Notes under the pieces: generated by a model | Told to the model about the DNA's origin: nothing | Databases searched by the model: none | Seen by the model: the letters and a program-made list of their open reading frames with translations, nothing else | Program-made: the position numbers and the translations under genes | Part shown: piece by piece, positions 1 to 5,646 of the stretch | How the letters are laid out: each line of letters opens with the position of its first letter | Position numbering within the stretch: position 1 is the stretch's first letter | NCBI GenBank assembly: GCA_003345555.1 | Contig: PRDJ01000014.1 | Location: forward strand, 1-5,646 | Source: Candidatus Thorarchaeota archaeon | GTDB lineage: Archaea; Asgardarchaeota; Thorarchaeia; Thorarchaeales; Thorarchaeaceae | Direction of reading: 5' to 3' | DNA: 5,646 nt

Positions 1-481
1 TAAGGTTGCCAAAGAGCACAGCCAACTGGGCCATTCCACTGCTGAATCCGAATAGGTGAGTTCTCTCGACTTCGGTGGAGACGTCAGTCACGTAAGGATA
101 TATGGCCACCTGAGCGAAAGCACTAGACGTGCCCAAGAGAATCTGAGAAGTCACAAGACCGACTGGCATCAGGGTGCTGTACTGTACTCCGACTGCAATG
201 AACGACATCATGTTAGATATGAGGATGATGCTCTTTCGGCTGGTCCTGTCAGTCACCATTCCTGCTGGAAAGGCGACGAAGGCTGTTGCGAACAGGGATA
301 TTGAAAGAAAGTAGCCAATGAAGTCCTCTAGGTATCCTGCTTCGAGCAAGTAGAGATTGAAGATGACGCTGCTCATTCCATTCGAGAAAGAGCTCGCCGT
401 GACCGAGGCTATGTAAAGCTTGGCGTCCCTTCTGAACAGACGGAGCTTATCCATGTAACCAAGCTTGGTCTTATCGGTCAA
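1..481 (-). CDS. Major facilitator superfamily (MFS) transporter, 5' part; runs off the left edge
   Basis: Absent from the ORF track; translated by hand. The frame is stop-free from 532 down to 2: (M)TDKTKLGYMDKLRLFRRDAKLYIASVTASSFSNGMSSVIFNLYLLEAGYLEDFIGYFLSISLFATAFVAFPAGMVTDRTSRKSIILISNMMSFIAVGVQYSTLMPVGLVTSQILLGTSSAFAQVAIYPYVTDVSTEVERTHLFGFSSGMAQLAVLFGNL. It has successive hydrophobic helices, a motif-A-like GMVTDRTSRK after TM2 (consensus GxxxDRxGRR) and an ERT loop after TM4. The start is uncertain: TTG at 481 (GAGGAG 6 nt upstream, preferred), GTG at 532 or ATG at 454. Confidence 0.88.
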   Translation of the reverse strand, partial: MTDKTKLGYMDKLRLFRRDAKLYIASVTASSFSNGMSSVIFNLYLLEAGYLEDFIGYFLSISLFATAFVAFPAGMVTDRTSRKSIILISNMMSFIAVGVQYSTLMPVGLVTSQILLGTSSAFAQVAIYPYVTDVSTEVERTHLFGFSSGMAQLAVLFGNL

Positions 482-554
482 CAGTGTCTCCTCTGCATTG
501 ACAGGGACGCTTGCACCGGCCGGAACGTGCACCGCCTTTATGCATTGCCCATCG

Positions 555-594
555 AGCCAATACCACAAGGCTAAATCGGCAAGCCAATCACCAC
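555..594. repeat. Imperfect direct repeat AGCCAAT(C)ACCAC x2 in the MFS/ltaE divergent intergenic region
   Basis: AGCCAATACCAC at 555-566 and AGCCAATCACCAC at 582-594: identical apart from one inserted C, with starts 27 nt apart. Confidence 0.6.
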
Positions 595-601
595 CGGGCC
601 C

Positions 602-1657
602 ATGAAGACCATCGACCTTCGCAGCGACACGGTCACACTGCCAACTGACGAAATGATTGATGCCATCGTGGCGGCCCACAAGGCAGGCCGATTTGGCGAT
701 GATGTTTCGGGCGAGGATCAGGTTGTAAATGAGCTTCAGGAGAAGGCTGCCAAGATTCTCGGCAAGGAGGCAGCATTACTCGTAACTTCTGGCACTCAGG
801 GCAACCTCGTTTCGTTGTTCGCTCAAACCAAGAGAGGAGAGGAAGTCGTTGTGGAGGAATTGTCTCATTCATTCGTTTTCGAAGGAGGAGCTATGGCATC
901 TTTCGGCGGTCTCTACCCAATGCCCGTCAAAGGCGTAAAGGGATACATAACTCCCGAAACTCTTCGTGATGCAATCAAGCCAGATGACCCTCATTACGCT
1001 CGGACCTCAATGGTCGTTGTTGAGAATACCCACAATTATGCTGGAGGAACCGTAATCAGACCTGAGCAGGTGAGCGCGCTGGCAAGGATGGCTCATGAAC
1101 ACGGTCTCAAGGTCCATTGCGATGGTGCACGCCTCTTCAATGCAGCAGTTGCGCTCGATATTCCGGCAAAGGACTTGGTGAAAGACGTGGACAGCGTTAT
1201 GATCTCTCTTAGCAAGGGACTCTCTGCACCAGTGGGTTCGCTGGTTGCAGGTTCGGAAGAGTTCATCCATGAGGCGCACAGAACTAGGAAGAAGATGGGT
1301 GGAGGGATGAGGCAGGCAGGCATAATCGCAGCACCGGGCATCATCGCGCTGGAGAAGATGGTCTCTCGCCTGAAGGAGGACCATGCGAATGCTCGACTGC
1401 TCCATGAGAAACTGTCCAAGATTCCGCGGATTGTCGTTGAGAGCCCACCTGAAACCAATATCCTGTTCATTCGATTGGACAAGTTGGGCATTGATGCCGA
1501 GAAGTTCGCGGACGAGCTCAAGAAGCGAGGAGTACTTGTCTATGGAGAGTACGGATCGCGCATACGATTCGTGACTCATAGAATGGTGAGTCGAGAAGAC
1601 ATGATTAAAGCAGCTCAAGCTGTCGAAGATACCGCCAAATCATTTCAGATGCGCTAA
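602..1657 (+). CDS. ltaE: Low-specificity L-threonine aldolase (PLP-dependent, fold type I)
   Basis: 351 aa with the family motifs IDLRSDTVT, GDDVxGED, SGTQGN, ENTHN, HxDGARLFNA, SLSKGL (PLP lysine K205), GGGMRQAG and C-terminal RFVTH. Ends in TAA. Confidence 0.95.
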   Translation: MKTIDLRSDTVTLPTDEMIDAIVAAHKAGRFGDDVSGEDQVVNELQEKAAKILGKEAALLVTSGTQGNLVSLFAQTKRGEEVVVEELSHSFVFEGGAMASFGGLYPMPVKGVKGYITPETLRDAIKPDDPHYARTSMVVVENTHNYAGGTVIRPEQVSALARMAHEHGLKVHCDGARLFNAAVALDIPAKDLVKDVDSVMISLSKGLSAPVGSLVAGSEEFIHEAHRTRKKMGGGMRQAGIIAAPGIIALEKMVSRLKEDHANARLLHEKLSKIPRIVVESPPETNILFIRLDKLGIDAEKFADELKKRGVLVYGEYGSRIRFVTHRMVSREDMIKAAQAVEDTAKSFQMR

Positions 1658-1709
1658 GAAATCTCTGGCTCATAGTCGTCAATCAGGACGACAATATCCG
1701 GCCATTTCT
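1657..1709. terminator. Stem-loop between the convergent ltaE and mce stop codons; possible bidirectional terminator or RNA-stability element
   Basis: Perfect inner stem GTCGTC (1675-1680) / GACGAC (1687-1692) around a 6-nt loop. Outer pairing of AGAAAT..TGGC (1657-1669) with GCCATTTCT (1701-1709), including a bulge. No long T tract, so terminator function is inferred. Confidence 0.4.
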
Positions 1710-1714
1710 GCGAA

Positions 1715-2119
1715 CTACGATTCCTGACACAGCTCCAGAAGGACCCCAGACGTGCTCTTGGGATGGACGAACGCGATTTTCATCTTGTGCGCGCCCACCC
1801 GGGGCTCGTTGTCAATCAGCTTGGACCCCGCCTTCTTGTGGTCTGAAAGAGATGTTTGGATGTCAGACACCTTCACTCCGATATGGTGAATTCCAGAACC
1901 GCGTGTCTCAAGGAATTTCGCGATGGGACTGTCAGGTGACGTGGGCTCCAAGAGCTCAAACCGGCTCTCACCAATCTTGAGAAAGGCGACTCGAACTCTT
2001 TGTTCCGCGACTTCCTCAGTGCCCGTGTATTCAAGTCCGAGGACGTCTTTGTAGTAAGGAAGCGCATCCTTGATGCTTGTCACTGCAATCCCGACGTGGT
2101 CTATCTTCTTCTGTATCAT
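1715..2119 (-). CDS. mce: Methylmalonyl-CoA epimerase (VOC/glyoxalase superfamily)
   Basis: 134 aa with IDHVGIAV, FELLEP, GIHHIG, GAH-x3-AFVHPK and LLELCQ, supplying the His/Glu/His/Glu metal ligands. It lies 13 nt after the mutase stop, has a GAGGTG RBS and ends in TAG. Confidence 0.96.
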   Translation of the reverse strand: MIQKKIDHVGIAVTSIKDALPYYKDVLGLEYTGTEEVAEQRVRVAFLKIGESRFELLEPTSPDSPIAKFLETRGSGIHHIGVKVSDIQTSLSDHKKAGSKLIDNEPRVGAHKMKIAFVHPKSTSGVLLELCQES

Positions 2120-2126
2120 AGTCTAG

Positions 2127-2132
2127 CACCTC
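2127..2132 (-). promoter_or_regulatory. Shine-Dalgarno site (GAGGTG) for mce
   Basis: Minus strand reads TAA-GAGGTG-CTAGACT-ATG, complementary to the archaeal 16S tail (AUCACCUCC). Confidence 0.8.
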
Positions 2133-3803
2133 TTACATTATGTCAGGGGCCTTGTACTCGCCCCAGAGCTGCCTGAACACATCGCATATCTCGCCAACTG
2201 TCGCCTGAGCCTTGACTGCTGTGATAATAGCAGGCATGAGGTTGGTGTTGCTCTGCGCTGCTGTCTTGAGACCTTTCATGGAATCCCTCCAAGGTCCGGG
2301 GCTTCGCTTCTCCCTCAATCTCTTTACGACGGCAGCTTGCTCCTTCTCTACCTCTGGATTAACCTTCAGATACTCAAGCTTCTGTCTTCCCTTTTCAGCA
2401 AACATGTTGACGCCAATGACGACCCTTTTCTGAGCATCAACCTTTCTCTGGAATTCGAAGGCGCTATCATGAATCTCCCTCTGCGGATATCCAGCCTCGA
2501 TTGCCGTGACTGCCCCGCCCATGCCATCTATCTTGTTGATGTATTCACGAGCCTTTCGCTCGATCTCATCGGTCAAGCTTTCAATATAGTAGGAGCCTGC
2601 GAGTGGATCAATTGTATCTGCAACCCCGGTCTCATAGGCAATAATCTGTTGAGTTCGAAGTGCAATCTGGACTGACTGCTCGGTTGGAAGCGATAGCGCT
2701 TCATCCCGTGAATTCGTGTGCAAAGACTGAGTCCCTCCTAGGACCGCTTGGAGAGCTTGAAGGGTTACACGGACAACGTTGTTGTCGGGCTGTTGTGCAG
2801 TCAGTGTACACCCCGCGGTCTGGGTGTGAAATCGCATCTTCCAAGATTCGGGGTCGTGTGCCTTGAACCGGTCTCTCATGATATGTGCCCAGAGTCGACG
2901 CGCTGCTCTGAACTTGGCCACTTCCTCGAAGAAATCACTGTGGGACCCAAAGAAGAACGATAGGCGAGACGCAAACGAGTCAATGTCTAGATGAGCATTC
3001 ACTGCCGCTTCAACGTAGGCGATACCATTTGCCAAAGTGAAGGCCACTTCTTGGGCGGCGGTTGACCCTGCTTCTCGGATATGGTAACCCGAAATTGAAA
3101 TGGTGTTCCATTGCGGCATGTTGTCGGAACAAAACCTGAAGGTGTCAGTGATGAGCCGCATGGAGGGCTTTGGAGGGAATATGTAAGTTCCTCTAGCAAT
3201 GTACTCTTTCAAGATATCATTCTGGACCGTCCCCCGAAGCTTCGCCATCGGAACCCCTTGCTTCTCACCAACTGCTATATACATGGCAAGAAGCACTGCC
3301 GCAGGAGCATTGATGGTCATCGATGTACTCACTTTTTCAAGTGGTATCGAGTCAAACAGAAGCTCCATGTCCGCAAGCGAGTCTACAGCGACACCGACCT
3401 TGCCAACCTCGCCTCGAGCCATGGGGTGGTCTGAATCATACCCGATTTGAGTTGGCAAATCAAAAGCCACCGAAAGACCAGTCTGGCCTTGGTCAAGCAG
3501 GAAACGAAAACGCCGGTTGGTCTCACGGGCAGTCCCAAACCCGCTGTACTGTCGCATCGTCCATAGCCGGCCTCGGTACATAGTAGGCTGCACACCGCGT
3601 GTGAAAGGATAGTCTCCCGGGAAGCCGAGAGACTCACGGTAGTCCATGTCTTTTGTGTCAAGAGGCGTGTACAGTCTGTTAACACCGACACCCGATATGG
3701 TCTCGAATTTCTCTGAGCGTTCAGGGTACTTGGCTATTGTCTTGGAAACGGTCTTTTCTTCCCACTCTTTGAGTCCTGCCTCAACGTCTTTTTCTCTCGC
3801 CAT
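2133..3803 (-). CDS. mcmA1: Methylmalonyl-CoA mutase, large (substrate-binding TIM-barrel) subunit, lacking the B12-binding domain
   Basis: 556 aa with [74 protein letters not shown] and [10 protein letters not shown]. It has no DxHxxG motif, so it is the split type. Specificity residues Y86, Q194, R204, Y240 and H241 correspond to P. shermanii MutB Y89, Q197, R207, Y243 and H244. RBS GGTGA at 3810-3814. Confidence 0.96.
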   Translation of the reverse strand: MAREKDVEAGLKEWEEKTVSKTIAKYPERSEKFETISGVGVNRLYTPLDTKDMDYRESLGFPGDYPFTRGVQPTMYRGRLWTMRQYSGFGTARETNRRFRFLLDQGQTGLSVAFDLPTQIGYDSDHPMARGEVGKVGVAVDSLADMELLFDSIPLEKVSTSMTINAPAAVLLAMYIAVGEKQGVPMAKLRGTVQNDILKEYIARGTYIFPPKPSMRLITDTFRFCSDNMPQWNTISISGYHIREAGSTAAQEVAFTLANGIAYVEAAVNAHLDIDSFASRLSFFFGSHSDFFEEVAKFRAARRLWAHIMRDRFKAHDPESWKMRFHTQTAGCTLTAQQPDNNVVRVTLQALQAVLGGTQSLHTNSRDEALSLPTEQSVQIALRTQQIIAYETGVADTIDPLAGSYYIESLTDEIERKAREYINKIDGMGGAVTAIEAGYPQREIHDSAFEFQRKVDAQKRVVIGVNMFAEKGRQKLEYLKVNPEVEKEQAAVVKRLREKRSPGPWRDSMKGLKTAAQSNTNLMPAIITAVKAQATVGEICDVFRQLWGEYKAPDIM

Positions 3804-4788
3804 TCTCTTTCACCGACCTACCATAGTCAACCAAGAACTCGGCAATCAGCCGCTCGGCGACGGAGTACGGGTCGTCGTCCCGCTCAGCTATCTTCCTCAA
3901 TGCCTGCTCGTACTCTGGTCTGCCTTCGAGTTTTTCCATCAGTTCTCGAGTCAGCTTGTAGCTCATAATCGTTCTCAGCTCGTCACGACTCCTTTGGAGA
4001 CCCTTCTGGGCGAGCAAACCGCTGTCCTCCAGATACTTCCGATGCTCAACAATCTTGTCAACGAGCGCCGCAATTCCCTCCCCGCCTCGCGCATTAGTCA
4101 TCATTACAGGTGGACGCCAAGCACGCTCTCTAGGATCAGTATCGAGCATCGCATTGATTTCGGCCGCCTTCTTGTCAGCCCCCGGCAGATCAGACTTGTT
4201 CACGACAAAGATGTCAGCAATTTCCATGATGCCAGCCTTAATAGCTTGGATGTCATCTCCTGCCGCAGGGACGTCGATGACGAGTATCGTGTGAGCGAGA
4301 TCAATCACTTCAACTTCCGACTGTCCGGCGCCCACAGTCTCGACAACGACAATGTCTTTTCCAAAGGCATCCATGGCCCGAACCGTGTCTGAAGTCGCCC
4401 TTGCAAGCCCTCCGAGGTGACCTCTTGTGCCCATGCTCCTAACGAATACATCCTTGTCGAGAGCATGACCTTGCATCCTGATTCGATCGCCGAGCAGGGC
4501 TCCGCCGGTGAAAGGACTCGATGGGTCAACGCATACAATACCCACCGTCTTATTGCGTCTACGGTATTCTGTAGTGAGGCGGTCAACTAGAGTACTCTTG
4601 CCAGAACCGGGGGGACCAGTGACCCCCACAATATGAGCTCTTCCGGTGTGTCTGTAGAGCTGGCTCAATGCATATCCGACTGAAGGATCCTCGTTCTCTA
4701 TCAATGATATCAGCCGTGCAAGAGACCTCCTGTCACCTTGAAGCACACCCTCTACCAACTCTGTGGCTGCCAACGCGGCTGTCCTCAC
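3781..4788 (-). CDS. meaB: MeaB/MMAA/ArgK-family GTPase, methylmalonyl-CoA mutase chaperone
   Basis: P-loop [37 protein letters not shown], switch-III-like [16 protein letters not shown] and G4 NKSD. The start is either GTG 4788 or TTG 4773; GAGG at 4783-4786 sits 9 nt before the TTG, the same spacing as in mce. Overlaps the mutase start by 23 nt. Confidence 0.95.
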   Translation of the reverse strand: MRTAALAATELVEGVLQGDRRSLARLISLIENEDPSVGYALSQLYRHTGRAHIVGVTGPPGSGKSTLVDRLTTEYRRRNKTVGIVCVDPSSPFTGGALLGDRIRMQGHALDKDVFVRSMGTRGHLGGLARATSDTVRAMDAFGKDIVVVETVGAGQSEVEVIDLAHTILVIDVPAAGDDIQAIKAGIMEIADIFVVNKSDLPGADKKAAEINAMLDTDPRERAWRPPVMMTNARGGEGIAALVDKIVEHRKYLEDSGLLAQKGLQRSRDELRTIMSYKLTRELMEKLEGRPEYEQALRKIAERDDDPYSVAERLIAEFLVDYGRSVKENGERKRR

Positions 4789-4797
4789 GATTAAATT

Positions 4798-5199
4798 CTA
4801 AAGCTTGACATGAGCCTTGATATAGTCCACAATATCGGACAGAGGTGTGCCCGGACCGAACACCTCGGCTATGCCAGCAGCTTTCAGTCCAGGTACGTCA
4901 TCTTCTGGGATGATGCCGCCCGCAATGACTAGGACATCATCTGCACCTTCCTTCCGAAGCAGCTCGGTTACCTTCGGCAAGAGAGCATTATGGGCACCGC
5001 TGAGAATGCTTAACCCGACTACATGGACTGCTTCTTGAATGGCTGCCTCAGCAATCATCTCGGGGGTCTGTCGGAGTCCAGTGTAGATTACCTCCATGCC
5101 CGCATCGCGGAGCGCTCTTGCCACAACCTTTGCTCCACGATCGTGACCATCAAGACCGGGTTTTGCTACGAGTACACGAATCTTCTTGGATGAACTCAA
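4798..5199 (-). CDS. mcmA2: Methylmalonyl-CoA mutase, small cobalamin-binding subunit
   Basis: 133 aa with the base-off/His-on motif [10 protein letters not shown] (DxHxxG), GLSILSG (SxL), GGIIP and VFGPGT. TTG start with GAGGTG 5 nt upstream; ends in TAG. Confidence 0.96.
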   Translation of the reverse strand: MSSSKKIRVLVAKPGLDGHDRGAKVVARALRDAGMEVIYTGLRQTPEMIAEAAIQEAVHVVGLSILSGAHNALLPKVTELLRKEGADDVLVIAGGIIPEDDVPGLKAAGIAEVFGPGTPLSDIVDYIKAHVKL

Positions 5200-5204
5200 G
5201 GACC

Positions 5205-5210
5205 CACCTC
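5205..5210 (-). promoter_or_regulatory. Shine-Dalgarno site (GAGGTG) for the cobalamin-binding subunit
   Basis: Minus strand reads GAGGTG-GGTCC-TTG; the same hexamer precedes mce. Confidence 0.8.
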
Positions 5211-5246
5211 AGGCTTATGATGAACAAGACGAGGCTGAAGGTTGAG

Positions 5247-5260
5247 ATATAAAACCTTTC
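5247..5260 (-). promoter_or_regulatory. Archaeal promoter (BRE + TATA box) of the mutase operon
   Basis: Minus strand reads GAAAGG (5260-5255, purine-rich BRE-like) directly followed by TTTTATAT (5254-5247). This predicts a transcription start near 5222 and a leader of about 25 nt containing the RBS. Confidence 0.75.
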
Positions 5261-5376
5261 CATCCATAGATAGAGTGACTGACAGCTTCACGATTGCTAG
5301 GTTCGGGCGGGCAATTGATCCCCGTCCATCGGTGATGCAAGGCGTATCACTGAGAATTCAGAGCATGATTAACGCA

Positions 5377-5613
5377 TCACTTCAACGCAGATGAAGACTC
5401 CGGGTAAAGGAGCACATAGACTGCTTGATTCGTCGTCATCACGCCTCTCTTCACCCACTCCATTACGGTCTTCACATTCTCTTCTGAGGACACTCTCGCG
5501 AGAGCAGCCAACGCCGCGGTTCGCGACTGGCTATCTTCTAGCAGGTCCTCGATTGTACGCACCAGAATCATCTGTCGAACATCAGGGCTTGTCTCGGTTA
5601 GCCAGTGCAGCAC
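5377..5613 (-). CDS. Small hypothetical alpha-helical protein, weakly HEAT/PBS-repeat-like; possibly the C-terminal part of a longer gene
   Basis: 78-aa ORF in a region with no competing gene, co-oriented with the operon. It has an amphipathic helix pattern (SPDVRQMIL, DSQSRTAALAALARVSSEENVKTVMEW) and a GTG start with AGGT about 10 nt upstream. No family recognised. Confidence 0.6.
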   Translation of the reverse strand: MLHWLTETSPDVRQMILVRTIEDLLEDSQSRTAALAALARVSSEENVKTVMEWVKRGVMTTNQAVYVLLYPESSSALK

Positions 5614-5625
5614 ATTATCAACTAC

Positions 5626-5646
5626 CTACTTGCCCACAGATGCACG
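5626..5646 (-). CDS. Possible 3' end of an upstream gene (..RASVGK-TAG), in frame with the 78-aa ORF
   Basis: Six sense codons from the window edge, then TAG at 5628-5626. Too short to identify. Confidence 0.3.
   Translation of the reverse strand, partial: RASVGK

Noticed and set aside
56-304. 82-aa plus-strand ORF
   Set aside because: It is antisense to the MFS transporter, which explains the region far better.
533-776. The MFS frame stays open upstream into ltaE
   Set aside because: This is an in-register antisense extension. The MFS-like sequence and RBS indicate a start at or below 532.
1007-1618. 203-aa and 142-aa minus-strand ORFs inside ltaE
   Set aside because: Both are antisense to a well-conserved gene; the 203-aa ORF is exactly in codon register. 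Neither has a protein-family signal.
1657-1709. SECIS interpretation of the hairpin
   Set aside because: No adjacent gene has an in-frame TGA, and the GA/AUGA elements are not in register for a SECIS core.
2212-3691. Numerous 66-112-aa ORFs overlapping the mutase gene, plus similar ones within ltaE, mce, meaB and mcmA2
   Set aside because: These are alternative-frame or antisense by-products of conserved coding sequence.
3646-4392. 248-aa plus-strand ORF
   Set aside because: It is codon-aligned antisense to meaB, a typical shadow ORF, and shows no recognisable motifs or RBS.
602-5199. Direct evidence for whole-genome TAG-to-pyrrolysine recoding
   Set aside because: None of the five conserved genes has an internal TAG, both of their TAGs sit at normal C-termini, and no pyl genes are in the window. 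It is kept only as a hypothesis in the findings.
5217-5252. 11-codon plus-strand micro-ORF MMNKTRLKVEI
   Set aside because: It is very short, has no clear RBS and lies antisense across the promoter; such ORFs are expected by chance.
5296-5360. tRNA-like GGTTCG followed by hairpins
   Set aside because: No cloverleaf, acceptor stem or correctly placed T-arm can be built.
5200-5376. Cobalamin riboswitch upstream of the B12-dependent operon
   Set aside because: No B12-box or GGGAA/GCCACUG-type motifs are present, and the predicted leader is only about 25 nt.

Overview
Probably archaeal chromosomal DNA with densely packed metabolic genes. The domain call rests on a BRE/TATA promoter, GAGGTG/GGTGA ribosome-binding sites and a split, archaeal-style mutase; the lineage cannot be determined from the sequence alone. 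Left to right: (1) the 5' part of an MFS transporter on the minus strand, missing from the ORF track; (2) a divergently transcribed PLP-dependent low-specificity L-threonine aldolase; (3) a convergent minus-strand four-gene operon for B12-dependent methylmalonyl-CoA interconversion, transcribed as cobalamin-binding subunit -> MeaB GTPase chaperone -> mutase substrate-binding subunit -> methylmalonyl-CoA epimerase; and (4) a small helical hypothetical ORF at the right edge. No rRNA, tRNA, CRISPR array or mobile element was found. The most notable points are these. The operon follows the domain order of the fused mutase IcmF, with the first two genes in frame and separated only by a TAG plus three codons. 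A second in-frame TAG junction lies upstream of the small ORF. The aldolase has Ser at the conserved Tyr30 pocket position. Small repeats or hairpins occur in each intergenic region. Amber read-through is a testable hypothesis only; ordinary termination explains the data equally well.
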